DNA of 64,000 bases from an uncultured Candidatus Saccharibacteria bacterium (GCA_964402035.1 CAYOAM010000003.1:86480-150479), one strand, 5' to 3'; numbered from the stretch's first letter, positions 49,219 through 60,493 are shown. Translations and numbers: made by a program. The notes: a model not told the origin generated them from the letters alone.

Positions 49219-50739
49219 TCAGACATTAGAAGTCTTATGCTGATCAACGTGTAGTTCTTCGCGCATGTACAGATATCGAATTCCCGCTGTTAGCAATATA
49301 TATGCTGCCACGACAAACCACATTGAAAAACGCTCCACGGAAATTGACGCATATGGAACGCGAGAACCCCATTCGGCTATAGCAAGAATATACGCAAGCA
49401 GGAGATATGCAGGATACGCGAAGAGGAGTGCGCTCATGCCAAAGACCATACCCGCTAACCCTATAAAAAATGTGACGAGCATCGTCAGCGGTACAAAAAG
49501 TAGTACAAACACATTTACAAAAAGTGCGACGAGAGAAACAGAACCAATTGCATAGAGCAAAAATGGGAGTACGAATATTTGTGTTGCAATAGTTGCTGTC
49601 ACATATTCGCGAACACCAAGCCGCGAGGGGACATATCCGAGTTTCCGTTCAACAATCGGTGCACAAAAAATAAGTCCCAGCGTTGCGAGAAACGAAAGTT
49701 GGAAGCCGGGATCAAACGCCAATACGTAGGGGTTCCACAACAGCATAATTCCCGCAGTGCACATAAGTGCGCGCAAGACGGCGTACGTTCTGCCAGTAGC
49801 GCGCGCCAAGAGTACGAGAAGTGCCATCACTGATGCACGTACCACCGTCGCGGAGAGACCCACGAGTAGGGCAAAAATAAAAATAGCGCATGCGCCAATA
49901 AAAAGTCGCACACGTATTCGTGGAATGAACGCAAGGAGTCGCATGATTGATTCTGCAACAATAGTGAGGTTGTATCCTGAAAGTACAATGATGTGGATAA
50001 TGCCAACGGTGCGGAACCACATTTCAACTTCTGGGCCAAGTGCACGTTTTTCTCCCAGCAACAACCCTGTCGCGAGTCCCGCATGTGGTTCAGGGAGTAA
50101 CAACTCAATACTTTCAATAAAACGATGCTTCAACACAAAGAGTGGGCGGAGTATGTAGGGCCCGCTTGTGTGCTCGATCATGGAAACGTGAGCAAACGAA
50201 ATAGTGTGTGTCACATCCTGCGCCCGTAAATATTCTTCATAATAAAATGTTCGGCCAAGATCTGTTTCAAAAGCAGACGGACGCTCGAGTCGTCCTTCAA
50301 CACGCACACGATCACCATACATGAGATCGTTTCGCAGATTCGCTTGTGCACGTACAACGGTGTCGATGCTCGTGCTTCCAACATGATCAACTGCTACATA
50401 GAGAGCAATCCCATTGTCTCGCTTCTCTACATCACGAACTACCACGCCCTCGATCGCAATAGTCGAAGACTCATAGGGTGCCACGGCGGAAACCGTACGC
50501 TCATATGCTTGCTCTACAAACGCAAAGCGACACACACCGACTATAAAAAAAAGTATTCCTGCACATGATGCTGCTGCAGCACGCATGGTGAGTAGTTGAC
50601 TAAAACAAAGAAGAGCAATGACGAGAGCGATCGTGGCACAGACCATACCCACCGTGACAACATCAAAAAAGAAAAACGAGCGGAATACTATTCCGCTCGC
50701 AAGTCCCACCACACCCCCATAGAGTAGTGCTCCTGACAT
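49219..50739 (-). CDS. comEC: ComEC/Rec2 competence channel (DUF4131 plus Competence domain, no MBL domain)
   Basis: GIIHIIVLSGYN, VVRASVM, GFQLSFLAT. Confidence 0.9.
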   Translation of the reverse strand: MSGALLYGGVVGLASGIVFRSFFFFDVVTVGMVCATIALVIALLCFSQLLTMRAAAASCAGILFFIVGVCRFAFVEQAYERTVSAVAPYESSTIAIEGVVVRDVEKRDNGIALYVAVDHVGSTSIDTVVRAQANLRNDLMYGDRVRVEGRLERPSAFETDLGRTFYYEEYLRAQDVTHTISFAHVSMIEHTSGPYILRPLFVLKHRFIESIELLLPEPHAGLATGLLLGEKRALGPEVEMWFRTVGIIHIIVLSGYNLTIVAESIMRLLAFIPRIRVRLFIGACAIFIFALLVGLSATVVRASVMALLVLLARATGRTYAVLRALMCTAGIMLLWNPYVLAFDPGFQLSFLATLGLIFCAPIVERKLGYVPSRLGVREYVTATIATQIFVLPFLLYAIGSVSLVALFVNVFVLLFVPLTMLVTFFIGLAGMVFGMSALLFAYPAYLLLAYILAIAEWGSRVPYASISVERFSMWFVVAAYILLTAGIRYLYMREELHVDQHKTSNV

Positions 50740-50747
50740 GAAGACAC

Positions 50748-51170
50748 TTACGATTTTCGATCCATCGCTTCATTTGCAAGTCGATCTGCATGCGTATTTT
50801 GTTCACGACGCACATGAGAAAACGTGAGATGTGGAAATGCTGCGACGCGCAGATTGTGAATCTCTATAAACTGAGGAACCAGTGATGGTTCTTTGATCTG
50901 GTACACGCTAGAGAGTTGTCGTTGGACCAGCTCACTGTCCATTTTCACTTCTACTGCCATGTGCTTGGTGTCTTTGCCAAAACGTCGTTTAAGTTCCGTG
51001 AGCACAAGAATGACCGCAGCATACTCAGCAAAATTATTTGTCGCATTTCCCAAAAACTGTGAACCTTCAAAAATAACTTTGTCATGACTATCAAAGGCAA
51101 CACAACCTGCTCCTGCAGGTCCTGGGTTGCCACGAGCTCCTCCATCGGTGTAACACACGACTTTCTTCAT
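50748..51170 (-). CDS. rnhA: Ribonuclease HI
   Basis: YTDGGARGNPG, TNNFAEY, MDSELV, NTHADRLAN. Confidence 0.93.
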   Translation of the reverse strand: MKKVVCYTDGGARGNPGPAGAGCVAFDSHDKVIFEGSQFLGNATNNFAEYAAVILVLTELKRRFGKDTKHMAVEVKMDSELVQRQLSSVYQIKEPSLVPQFIEIHNLRVAAFPHLTFSHVRREQNTHADRLANEAMDRKS

Positions 51171-51217
51171 GAGGGCATTATATACCTCAAAAGACACATC
51201 CGTCCAAGCACCCTCTT

Positions 51218-52948
51218 CTACCCTTGAGCAGGTGAAACCTCAACAAGACGTAGTCGTACCTCACGTCGACCACCAAAAAAACTCTCCTCAACATGCGCAA
51301 TTACGTCTACAAACTCATCCGCCACCAGTGGCGCTTTATACGCATCGGCTTGCTTAAAAAAACCTATAGCAGTAATACTCCGTATGCCTTGTTTAAATAT
51401 CACCTTTACGTGCCCTTTTTCTTTTCCAAACATTGTTACTTGATATGGCTTAACATTTCTAAACAGAAATAGTGGTTTGTGATTTCCAACACCAAACGGT
51501 GCAAAGCGTGCGAGAGTACGCGCAAGAGCATCGCCAACGTGATCCAACGTGAGCTCCGCATCAACGACTATTGGTTTCGTCGCACGTGCTGCCTGTGTTT
51601 CGTCGCCCACCAAAGTTGCGTGCGCTTGAAGTAGTGCATTACTCAGTGTGTGTATACGATCTTCATGCACAGAAAATCCACCAGACATGTGATGTCCACC
51701 GTATTCCAAAAACGACTCTCGCGCCTCATGCATGAGATCGACAACACTCACACCACCACCCGAGCGACACGAACCTTTCAAAATATTTCGTCCATCGCGA
51801 CCCCAGATAAAAACGGGTCGAGCAAATGACTCCGCAAGTGTGTTTGCGGCGAGACCAACAAGTGCGGGACGCCACGAAGGATCACCGACAACTAACACTG
51901 ATCCTATCTGCTCAAGTTCCGCTACTTTTTTATTAATTTCTTTTACCATCGAACCAACGACTCCTTTGCGTTCATTATTGATATGATCAAGATGCTGTGC
52001 AAACATTCCAGCTTCGCCCGGAGTAGCTGCTGTCAACAGTTTAAACGCATCTTCGGGTGAATCCATTCGTGATGCTGCATTGATGCGAGGCGCAATCATA
52101 AAACCAACATCATCTTCGGTTATCGATGAGGCCTGCATCTTCATGGTACGAAATAAATGTTGCAAACCGAGCCTGCGATTTTTTTTCATCACAAGCAATC
52201 CATAATGTGCAAACAATCGGTTCTCGTCAGTGAGTGGCACCATATCAGCAATCGTTGCGATACCGACCATATCAAGTAGCCATTTTTCTTGACCTTGTGT
52301 TAGTGAGAAATTCCCACGTGCAATCAGAGCCAAAACAAGTTTGTATGCAACACCTGACCCACAGAGACCTGAAAATGGGTAAGCGCTATCTACACGCTTA
52401 GGATTTATGACAGCAATCGCAGGCGGCAACAAGGGCCCTGGTTCATGATGATCAGTCACAATAGCATCAATACCAATTTTTTGAGCATGCATCACTTGAT
52501 CCACATCAGTAATACCACAATCGACAGTAATCATCAGAGTCACCCCATCACGCTGCAAACTATCAATTGCCACTGTATTGAGACCATACCCTTCATGGTG
52601 GCGGTGTGGAATATAATTTTGAACATGCGGATACGCAATAAGCTTAAAAAAATCGTGAAGCAAAACCCCACCAGGAATACCATCACAATCATAATCACTA
52701 TAAATCGCTATCTTCTCACCTTGTGCAATAGCACCCAAAATACGCATTACAGCTACTTCCATATCAGGAAGTAGAAATGGGTCATGGAGACCGCACTCAT
52801 ACGATCGATCAAAAAAAATCTGTGCATCCTTGGCAGTCACAATGCCGCGACCGAACAGCAGTGTCTGTGTCAATGAATCAAAGTCAACGAGTGCATCACG
52901 CAGGATTGGCGATGGCTCTTCACGCAATTGATAATGGGCAGACGACAT
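51218..52948 (-). CDS. recJ: ssDNA exonuclease RecJ
   Basis: DYDCDG, TVDCG, TDHH, PRINAASR, GGH. Confidence 0.95.
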   Translation of the reverse strand: MSSAHYQLREEPSPILRDALVDFDSLTQTLLFGRGIVTAKDAQIFFDRSYECGLHDPFLLPDMEVAVMRILGAIAQGEKIAIYSDYDCDGIPGGVLLHDFFKLIAYPHVQNYIPHRHHEGYGLNTVAIDSLQRDGVTLMITVDCGITDVDQVMHAQKIGIDAIVTDHHEPGPLLPPAIAVINPKRVDSAYPFSGLCGSGVAYKLVLALIARGNFSLTQGQEKWLLDMVGIATIADMVPLTDENRLFAHYGLLVMKKNRRLGLQHLFRTMKMQASSITEDDVGFMIAPRINAASRMDSPEDAFKLLTAATPGEAGMFAQHLDHINNERKGVVGSMVKEINKKVAELEQIGSVLVVGDPSWRPALVGLAANTLAESFARPVFIWGRDGRNILKGSCRSGGGVSVVDLMHEARESFLEYGGHHMSGGFSVHEDRIHTLSNALLQAHATLVGDETQAARATKPIVVDAELTLDHVGDALARTLARFAPFGVGNHKPLFLFRNVKPYQVTMFGKEKGHVKVIFKQGIRSITAIGFFKQADAYKAPLVADEFVDVIAHVEESFFGGRREVRLRLVEVSPAQG

Positions 52949-52983
52949 GATTCGCACATGGTACCATAGTAAGAAATATACGT

Positions 52984-53394
52984 ATGGACGACCTTTTTTT
53001 AAAAATTATCAGTGGCGACATACCGAGCGCTAAAGTCTACGAGGACGCGCAGGTCGTCGCTTTTTTAGACATCCGTCCCTGCAACAAAGGACACACACTG
53101 GTCATACCACGTACACACTATCGCAATATTTTTGATATGGACAAGGAAGCGTTTGGCACACTCGCAGCCGCGACGCACACGGTTGCTCTTGCGGTACAAA
53201 AAGCTACCGATGCCGATGGTATCAATATTGTCATCAACAATGAGAAAGCAGCGGGCCAAGAAATATTTCACGCGCACTTCCATATAATTCCACGCTTTAA
53301 CGACGATGGTGTGTTTGCGCCGCCTGCACACACGACCTATGCGCCCGGTGAAATAGAAACAATGGCAGAGAAAATAAAAGCAATGCTCTCGTAA
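52984..53394 (+). CDS. HIT family protein
   Basis: GHTLVIP, HAHFHIIP. Confidence 0.93.
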   Translation: MDDLFLKIISGDIPSAKVYEDAQVVAFLDIRPCNKGHTLVIPRTHYRNIFDMDKEAFGTLAAATHTVALAVQKATDADGINIVINNEKAAGQEIFHAHFHIIPRFNDDGVFAPPAHTTYAPGEIETMAEKIKAMLS

Positions 53395-53437
53395 CCCCTA
53401 GCGGGCGCCCCCGGGCGAAACACCCTCATATCTTAGA

Positions 53438-54604
53438 CTAGCTCGTCTGCGCAGTACGTAGTGCTTCAATGCCAGGCAGCGTTCCTTTTTCTAGAAACGT
53501 AAGCATTGCTCCTCCAGCCGTTGAGACAAATGTAAACCGGTCAGTCAATGCGCTATCTTGGATTGACGCGACCGTATCTCCGCCACCAACAATCGAAATA
53601 CCTGGAGCATGTGCGACAGCTTGCGCAAACTGTTTAGTGCCCGCATCAAAGCCACGCTCATAATCACCCAAAGGACCATTCCATAATAGTGTCTCAACAA
53701 AACGCAGCTCTTCGGTCAGCATCGCTATGGTTTCCGGTCCAGCGTCCAAGATCGCATCATCGTGAGCAACTTCAGAAAGCTTACGCATCATAGGTCCTCC
53801 CGGCGTTAGTACCGCAACATCAATAGGCAACAAGAGTTTTGGATGCTGATACAGCGATGTTGTCTTGATATCAATGTCTGAGATTAACGATTTTCCGATA
53901 GATAAACCGTTTGCGACAAAAAAATTGTTCGCGAGCGCCCCACCAACAAAAACACGATCATACCGCTCGATCAAAAGCTCCACTAAGGGGAGTTTTGTCT
54001 CAAATTTTGCTCCCCCAAGTACAAAGAGCGAAGGTGATTTTGGTGTACGCGCCAATGACAAATGCTCCAATTCGTCCATAAAAAGCAGGCCCGCGTACGA
54101 CGGCAAAAATTTTGGTATTCCCACAATTGATGCATGCTCACGATGCGCGACAGAAAAAGCATCATTAACATATATATCGCCGTACGAAGCAAGCGTTTGT
54201 GCAAACGCAGGATCATTGTCTTTTTCACCCGGGTGCAACCGCAGATTCTCGAGCAGCAACAACTCCCCTTCTTTGAGCGACGCAATCTTTGCATCAACCT
54301 CGGGACCAACTGATGTTCCTACCCACGCGACAGGTATATAGGTATTCAAGACTTCGCATACCCCCTTCAGAGAATCGTCCGAAGACCCATCTGCCCGTGA
54401 ACTATGAGCGATAATAACGACTTTTGCTCCTGCAGCCCGTAACAGCTGCAATGTCGGTAAGGCTTTTTTTATACGAAACGTGTGTGTGACTGCGCCCTCT
54501 GCAGAAAGTGGCACATCAAGTCCTGCACGGACGAGCACACGCTTGCCGCGCAAATCTGTTCGTTCACTTATTTTATGAAGCAATGGTATGAAATCAACGT
54601 TCAT
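53438..54604 (-). CDS. pgk: Phosphoglycerate kinase
   Basis: LLENLR, NDAFSVAHR, WNGPLG, GGGDT, STAGGA. Confidence 0.95.
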   Translation of the reverse strand: MNVDFIPLLHKISERTDLRGKRVLVRAGLDVPLSAEGAVTHTFRIKKALPTLQLLRAAGAKVVIIAHSSRADGSSDDSLKGVCEVLNTYIPVAWVGTSVGPEVDAKIASLKEGELLLLENLRLHPGEKDNDPAFAQTLASYGDIYVNDAFSVAHREHASIVGIPKFLPSYAGLLFMDELEHLSLARTPKSPSLFVLGGAKFETKLPLVELLIERYDRVFVGGALANNFFVANGLSIGKSLISDIDIKTTSLYQHPKLLLPIDVAVLTPGGPMMRKLSEVAHDDAILDAGPETIAMLTEELRFVETLLWNGPLGDYERGFDAGTKQFAQAVAHAPGISIVGGGDTVASIQDSALTDRFTFVSTAGGAMLTFLEKGTLPGIEALRTAQTS

Positions 54605-55373
54605 AGGTTGTCGTAATAATAGTACTAAAATCTAAAGGACGTAAGCTGGCACCTCCTACGAGAAAACCTTGACTGCCGCCTCCCGCTACGAGCGCTGCCA
54701 CATTCTTTTGATCAACTGACCCACCATAGAGAATGCGCACACGCTCTGCAGCACCTCGACCATAGAGATCCGTCAAAATCTTCCGGATAAAGAGCACCAT
54801 CTCATGTGCATCGTCGGGTGTTGCGGCTCGCGCAGTCGCGCTCGCTGTACTAATCGCCCACACCGGTTCATACGCAACTACCAGATGTGCGAGTTTAGTT
54901 GCGACTACGCCGCGCAGCGCAGCGCGCAGTTGCTCTTCGACAACACCAAAATATTTCCCTGAGGTGTCACGTTCGCGCTCTCCCACACAGACGACTGCAG
55001 TAAGTCCTGCTTTTAGGACAAGCGCCGTCTTTTTTTCAATTTCAAGATCTGTCTCTCCACGTGCACGACGTTCTGAATGCCCAATAATGACATGGGAAAC
55101 TCCAAAGCCCTGCAACATACCGACAGACACTTCCCCCGTCAATGCTCCCATAACTTCACTTGAAACATTTTGTGCTCCGAGCAATAGCGGACTTTTTCCT
55201 ATGTTTTTTTGCAAATCGGCCAGGTACACAAACGGTGGAGCAATAACAACCTCAGTTTCAGACACCTTTTTTAGATGCTTCTTAATCGCCAAAAAAAGCA
55301 CCTTCGCTTCTCCTAAAGCACGAGGATTCATTTTCCAATTGGCAATGATGAGCATTCCTCGATGTGTGCGCAT
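54594..55373 (-). CDS. tpiA: Triosephosphate isomerase
   Basis: NWKMN, GHSERR, AYEPVWAI, YGGSV, LVGGASL. Confidence 0.96.
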   Translation of the reverse strand: MRTHRGMLIIANWKMNPRALGEAKVLFLAIKKHLKKVSETEVVIAPPFVYLADLQKNIGKSPLLLGAQNVSSEVMGALTGEVSVGMLQGFGVSHVIIGHSERRARGETDLEIEKKTALVLKAGLTAVVCVGERERDTSGKYFGVVEEQLRAALRGVVATKLAHLVVAYEPVWAISTASATARAATPDDAHEMVLFIRKILTDLYGRGAAERVRILYGGSVDQKNVAALVAGGGSQGFLVGGASLRPLDFSTIITTTYER

Positions 55374-55433
55374 AGATAGTGTATCGGTATCGCAATTGTA
55401 CCATAGAGCAGACCTCGTAACTGCAAAGCAAAG

Positions 55434-56852
55434 CTAGTTCATCTCGCGCCACTCGATAAAGCGGTAGGTATCCGACGTATACGGTGTTAGAGGTGGCGGA
55501 CTCGACACCAGTGAACGATCATACGAATTGAAACGTGTAGTATATCCTGATGTCTGAACACCACCCGATACCCACTTTGTACCCTCACGTCCATTGCTGA
55601 CTATCGTACCCTGCACAGTGAGTGAGTTTCTAAATACGTATGGGTCAAGTGAATTGGGGCTCGTATTTGCAGCGGTGTAGTGGTTTCGTCCAAATCTACC
55701 GTTTTGTGCGATAAAAATACCTTTGATTGTCATATTATTCGGTGAATCAAGACCAATGAGTATAGAGTCCTCCGCGATCGCCAATATGCCCACAGACCCG
55801 TCGTTTGTGGTGTAGGTGATGTTATCGGGAATAATGATGCTTGGGTTCACACCAACAGTAATGACATTTGCGGCGGCGACCGTCACTTTTTTACTAATTA
55901 CCCCCTCAAGCCATACCTTATCTTCAACATACACGAGACTGCAACTTGGTGGTATGGGGTAGTTAGCAACAAATACTTCAGTGCGTATGACGTGTCTCTC
56001 AAATTGCCATCCTGCTTCAGTTGTATATCCTTGAAAATTTTCGGTATTGGTCACGCGATACACATCAAATGTGTCATTGTTCTTGAAAATAAGGTGATAC
56101 CCGTAGTTACCTGATGGGGCGATGTATCGACCGCCTGCAGAAACGGCTTTGGTTTTCATGTTCGTAAGATCAACCGATAAGCCCGCAAAACTAATAGGTG
56201 GCGATGGAAAACTCCAGAGCGCACTGTTAGGCCCCGCACCGAAAACACCATCCTCGGTGGAGTTTGGAGAGCAGCCAAATGTTGCCGTACATAGCCAATC
56301 CTCTAGGCCACTTGAAACACTTGAATTATTGGTACCATCCATACGTATACCTCCATTTGAATGATACGGACCAATAATGGTGCGATCAGCACCAGCCCAC
56401 ACATTTGAATTGATAATGTATGAGAACTCCGTCACCGTTGGGCGCGCGTATTTACCATAGACAGTACGCGGTACCGATGGGGCACTTGTCGAGACACCCG
56501 TTGAGAGAATGTCGATCGATGCAATGTCACCGCACACATTATTGCCGGTAATGTCAAGCGAGTATGTACCAATGAGACCCCCTTCTGGATCAAAATAATT
56601 GTGCACATAGGGTCCCGTTGTTGCTGTACCATTCGTCACATCATTGGGATAATGCGAAAGATACCATTTATAATAATCGAGACCAGCTTCAGCGACCGCT
56701 AGCGCTCGCTCTTTTTCAACTTTTGTATTTTCTGAACGATGTTCTGTAATAATAAATCCTAACAACGCACTCACCATGACAAAAAACACTGAGCCAAATA
56801 CCAACACGATAACAATCAGATAGCCACGTGAATATAATGATGTTGGATGCAT
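55434..56852 (-). CDS. PilX/GspK-like large minor pilin
   Basis: RG-YLIVIVL lacking E5, AEAG motif; last gene of the minor pilin set. Confidence 0.7.
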   Translation of the reverse strand: MHPTSLYSRGYLIVIVLVFGSVFFVMVSALLGFIITEHRSENTKVEKERALAVAEAGLDYYKWYLSHYPNDVTNGTATTGPYVHNYFDPEGGLIGTYSLDITGNNVCGDIASIDILSTGVSTSAPSVPRTVYGKYARPTVTEFSYIINSNVWAGADRTIIGPYHSNGGIRMDGTNNSSVSSGLEDWLCTATFGCSPNSTEDGVFGAGPNSALWSFPSPPISFAGLSVDLTNMKTKAVSAGGRYIAPSGNYGYHLIFKNNDTFDVYRVTNTENFQGYTTEAGWQFERHVIRTEVFVANYPIPPSCSLVYVEDKVWLEGVISKKVTVAAANVITVGVNPSIIIPDNITYTTNDGSVGILAIAEDSILIGLDSPNNMTIKGIFIAQNGRFGRNHYTAANTSPNSLDPYVFRNSLTVQGTIVSNGREGTKWVSGGVQTSGYTTRFNSYDRSLVSSPPPLTPYTSDTYRFIEWREMN

Positions 56853-56855
56853 ATA

Positions 56856-57476
56856 TTAAAATCTAGTTTTTAGATTGCGAGGTGCAGCGCTCGAGTTTAT
56901 TTTAAATTCACCAGGCGTCTGAATAGGGTTCACATTCACAATCATATTCACTTCAATATACCGTATATCGGTGATACTCGTCGTTGCAACTGCAGCACTC
57001 CCATTCTCAAGAAAATATAAAAACGTCGATGTGGCCTGTTCACCATTGCGAATATACTCCGAAATAGTGATGTGTTCATCAGGTGTCGTTGAACTATAAC
57101 CCACCGGTGTTCCTGTCGCATTATAAATATCCTTGTACAACGTGGTTGTGGCGAGATAGTAGCGAACATACTCGACGCTATTATCTCGATCAATATCACT
57201 ATAAAACGCAATCGTGCTGGTACCCATGAGAACCAACGGATACGTACCATCATCCCCGTAGGTCATTTCACGAAGATCGCGCGTAATCAGTGCCATACCC
57301 CGTCGTCCATTACTCACTTCATAGGTCTGCGCTATTGTGTATGCATTGGTTTTATATAAATAGTTAATCGAGGAAAAAATTGCAAGTATCGTGATCGTAA
57401 AGAGAGAGACGGTGACGACCACCTCAACAAGAGTGAAGCCGGTACGATGACTACGGTGTAAAAGAAACGTGCTCAT
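56856..57476 (-). CDS. Minor pilin (PilW/GspJ-like)
   Basis: TG-FTLVEVVV class III signal. Confidence 0.82.
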   Translation of the reverse strand: MSTFLLHRSHRTGFTLVEVVVTVSLFTITILAIFSSINYLYKTNAYTIAQTYEVSNGRRGMALITRDLREMTYGDDGTYPLVLMGTSTIAFYSDIDRDNSVEYVRYYLATTTLYKDIYNATGTPVGYSSTTPDEHITISEYIRNGEQATSTFLYFLENGSAAVATTSITDIRYIEVNMIVNVNPIQTPGEFKINSSAAPRNLKTRF

Positions 57477-59236
57477 GGTGTAAGGACGATGACGTTTTGC
57501 TGCATACCACTGACTGAGAGCGGCGAGAGTGAATACGAAGTATATCCGGGAGCAGACACGTCGACGGTATACCCCACTGCGTTTGACATACCGCTAAAAA
57601 AAGTCTGTCCGCACGCTGACGATGTTTCTGTTTTATCAAATACTCCAGCATGCACACGTACGGTCGCGCCAGGAATCGATGCCCCTACTGCAGTGCGTAC
57701 ATGCACACGAAGGGAGTGTGTTGTATGAGGCTCGAGTATTAAAGTCGTGGTAGCTGCAACGCCAGGACTTAAAGCAAATGGCGTCACTGGACAAGCATCG
57801 CTAATATCGTACCCTTCGGCTTGACCATTGATCGAAATATCATATTGGTCCCATTCTAAATTATTGATTTGTACGACACCACTTGCATTAGTGGTGTGCG
57901 TTTTAGAATATTTCAAAACGGGAACTCCAAAAGTATCCGTACCAATATTTTTTGTCCCCTCAAGTGTGAACGTTATATCGGGAATAGGTACGTTTGCCAT
58001 CATGTACGAGAATCGCCATTCATGAACCTGAGGCGTGGCACTTCCATCAAGACTTTGCAAAACCGCCCCAATAGCAAGACGTGGATACGTCGCGACTGGC
58101 AACGTCGCAAGATCAACAGGACTCACGGTCAATCCCGCACTATTGCCAGGCAGATCACTATCTGGAATGAGCGTATACGCACCCGATCCATCCACTGCAT
58201 ATATATAGTATGCTGTTTGTGTTTGTGGATTCAAAACTTCAGACCATTCTGCACGCTCCCATGAAAGCAGCGAGGAAGCAGCTGGCTCAACTACAGTACT
58301 TGTTGCACTTCCCTCTGCTGCATACACGCCAAGCACATTGGTGAGTACCAAATCTCCCCCAAGGGCTTCAACAGATGATGACGATACGGTACCAGTCATA
58401 TCAGGAAATAATCTTGACGTTGTTTGCTCAGTCGGTGGCTCTACCGTCTTTACAGCAAGCGTACTGACCCGATCTATACCAAGATTGACTGTCGAAACAC
58501 CATTTGCTACGACCGCAACATGTGGTGGATTTGGATTTGGGTTCGATGTCGAGGCACTATATGTTTGATCCAAAGAATACCCTACTGCTGTAGCGCTCAC
58601 TTCATATCCACCTGACGCAGGTGCGCCGGGAAACATGGTAATCCCTGCAATGTTCGTGTACGAAGTCACATCGATTGTCGAAGTGGTCGTGTTGTTTACA
58701 ATCCGCACTGCTGCGCCGTCAACCGGTGCAGCTACCGCATCGAATACATTAACAACCAAGGTCCCTCCACCCGCCAGTGTTTCAATTCCTGGCGGGATCA
58801 AGTTCGTAATGAGCGCCACTTCATGAGGGACCCCTTTTATCGTCCACGACACCTCAACTTTTGCACGTTTATAATCGGCAGCAATGCCATTGCTATCAGC
58901 AACACCAGAACCATCCGATGGATCATCAACATATTGAACCAACACGCGTCGATTATATGAAATCCCATTAAGGTCTACAGTCGAATTCTGTGGAATAAGT
59001 CCAGCAGGAATACCCGCAACAGTGCCGACAGAGTCGTATGGAAGACCATGCATGTACTCAAGGTACTTGTTTGCAATCCCAACCGCGCCTGCTTGCGCAC
59101 GCGTCTGTGAACTTACTGCAAGCGTATATTGAAAAACGGTAAAAAGAGCGCCAAACACCACAAGCATGAGTGCAGAAGCAACCAGCACCTCGACAAGTGT
59201 CATGCCTCGCGTGCGGTGATTTTGCATATTAAACAT
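57473..59236 (-). CDS. Large minor pilin with C-terminal beta-sandwich (carboxypeptidase regulatory-like) domains
   Basis: RG-MTLVEVLV; repeated V.V.....P..GA.V motifs. Confidence 0.8.
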   Translation of the reverse strand: MFNMQNHRTRGMTLVEVLVASALMLVVFGALFTVFQYTLAVSSQTRAQAGAVGIANKYLEYMHGLPYDSVGTVAGIPAGLIPQNSTVDLNGISYNRRVLVQYVDDPSDGSGVADSNGIAADYKRAKVEVSWTIKGVPHEVALITNLIPPGIETLAGGGTLVVNVFDAVAAPVDGAAVRIVNNTTTSTIDVTSYTNIAGITMFPGAPASGGYEVSATAVGYSLDQTYSASTSNPNPNPPHVAVVANGVSTVNLGIDRVSTLAVKTVEPPTEQTTSRLFPDMTGTVSSSSVEALGGDLVLTNVLGVYAAEGSATSTVVEPAASSLLSWERAEWSEVLNPQTQTAYYIYAVDGSGAYTLIPDSDLPGNSAGLTVSPVDLATLPVATYPRLAIGAVLQSLDGSATPQVHEWRFSYMMANVPIPDITFTLEGTKNIGTDTFGVPVLKYSKTHTTNASGVVQINNLEWDQYDISINGQAEGYDISDACPVTPFALSPGVAATTTLILEPHTTHSLRVHVRTAVGASIPGATVRVHAGVFDKTETSSACGQTFFSGMSNAVGYTVDVSAPGYTSYSLSPLSVSGMQQNVIVLTP

Positions 59237-59240
59237 ATGG

Positions 59241-60470
59241 TTATGAGATGCCATCACCAACGGAATAGATAGGTGCAATCATCGCTAGTGCAAAGAAACC
59301 GACACCGCCACCTATCACCACCATAAGTAGCGGCTCAATGATCGTCGAGAGATCTTTTGTCTTGCGATCAACCTCAGACTCATAAAAATCCGCAACCTCA
59401 AGGAGCATATTCGAAATTTGCCCCGTCTCTTCCCCCACCGAAATCATCTCTCCCACTAAGACTGGATAAAGATCCGTGCGTTCAATGAACACCTCCGAGA
59501 GCGATTTGCCTTTTTCAACGCGCACGGCAGCTTCCTTGATAATTTCTTTATAAAATGTGTTTTGTACGACATCACCCGTGATTGTAAGTGCCCCAACAAC
59601 ATCAACACCTGAAGAAAGTAACGAGGAAAGTGTGCGCGCAGTACGTGCGGAATTTACCTCTTTTGCAATATTTCCGATAACCGGAAGACGCACCAAGACC
59701 CATTCAAAACCGCGCCTCCCACGCTTGGTCCGCAAGAGTGACACAAACCCAAAGATGACGAGTGCAATAATGCCAAATGCGGCAAGCGTGTGCTGACTCA
59801 AGAAATCGCTGATTGCAATAATGACTTTTGTTGGGAGTGGCAGATCAATTTTCATCTCTTTGAATGTCGAGGTGAGTGTCGGCACCACATAGATCATCAT
59901 CAAAATACCAATGAGAAACATGATGGCAATGACGATCAAAGGATAGATCATGGCCCCCCTCACTTTTTTTCGAAGTTCCGACGAACGATGGAGTTCGGTG
60001 CCGATGATCGTAAGCGCTTCGGCGAGCGTGCCCCCCTCTTCTCCCGCTCGTACCATCGCAATATAGAGCGAAGAAAAAACTTTTGGATGGCGTGCAAGCG
60101 CCACGTTGAGCTGATCGCCTTTGTTGATATCTTCACGAAGCGAAACCAACACGGATTTCAATTTCAAATTTTTTGTTTGCCGCTCCGCAACCGAAAATGC
60201 ACGGGTGAGTGCAAGTCCGGCTTTGAGCATCGCTGAGAGGTTGCGCGTGAACATCACCAACTCATCACGCTTCACACGTGCAAGGGCTACATTAATGCGG
60301 TCCATCTTGATAAATGCCGAAAAAGAAAACTTCCCTTCCTCGCTTATGGAAATAACTTCGTGGCCATTTTTGCGCGCCACATCATACACATCATAACGAT
60401 CAGCAACTTCCACTTCTTGCTCCACGATGGTGCCGTCAGCTGCTTTTCCTTTATAGGTAAATTTTTTCAC
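59241..60470 (-). CDS. pilC: PilC/GspF family protein (copy 2)
   Basis: AGEEGG, GAMIYP, VGEETG, EPLLMV. Confidence 0.92.
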   Translation of the reverse strand: MKKFTYKGKAADGTIVEQEVEVADRYDVYDVARKNGHEVISISEEGKFSFSAFIKMDRINVALARVKRDELVMFTRNLSAMLKAGLALTRAFSVAERQTKNLKLKSVLVSLREDINKGDQLNVALARHPKVFSSLYIAMVRAGEEGGTLAEALTIIGTELHRSSELRKKVRGAMIYPLIVIAIMFLIGILMMIYVVPTLTSTFKEMKIDLPLPTKVIIAISDFLSQHTLAAFGIIALVIFGFVSLLRTKRGRRGFEWVLVRLPVIGNIAKEVNSARTARTLSSLLSSGVDVVGALTITGDVVQNTFYKEIIKEAAVRVEKGKSLSEVFIERTDLYPVLVGEMISVGEETGQISNMLLEVADFYESEVDRKTKDLSTIIEPLLMVVIGGGVGFFALAMIAPIYSVGDGIS

Positions 60471-60493
60471 AAAAAGATATTTAGTAAATATGT

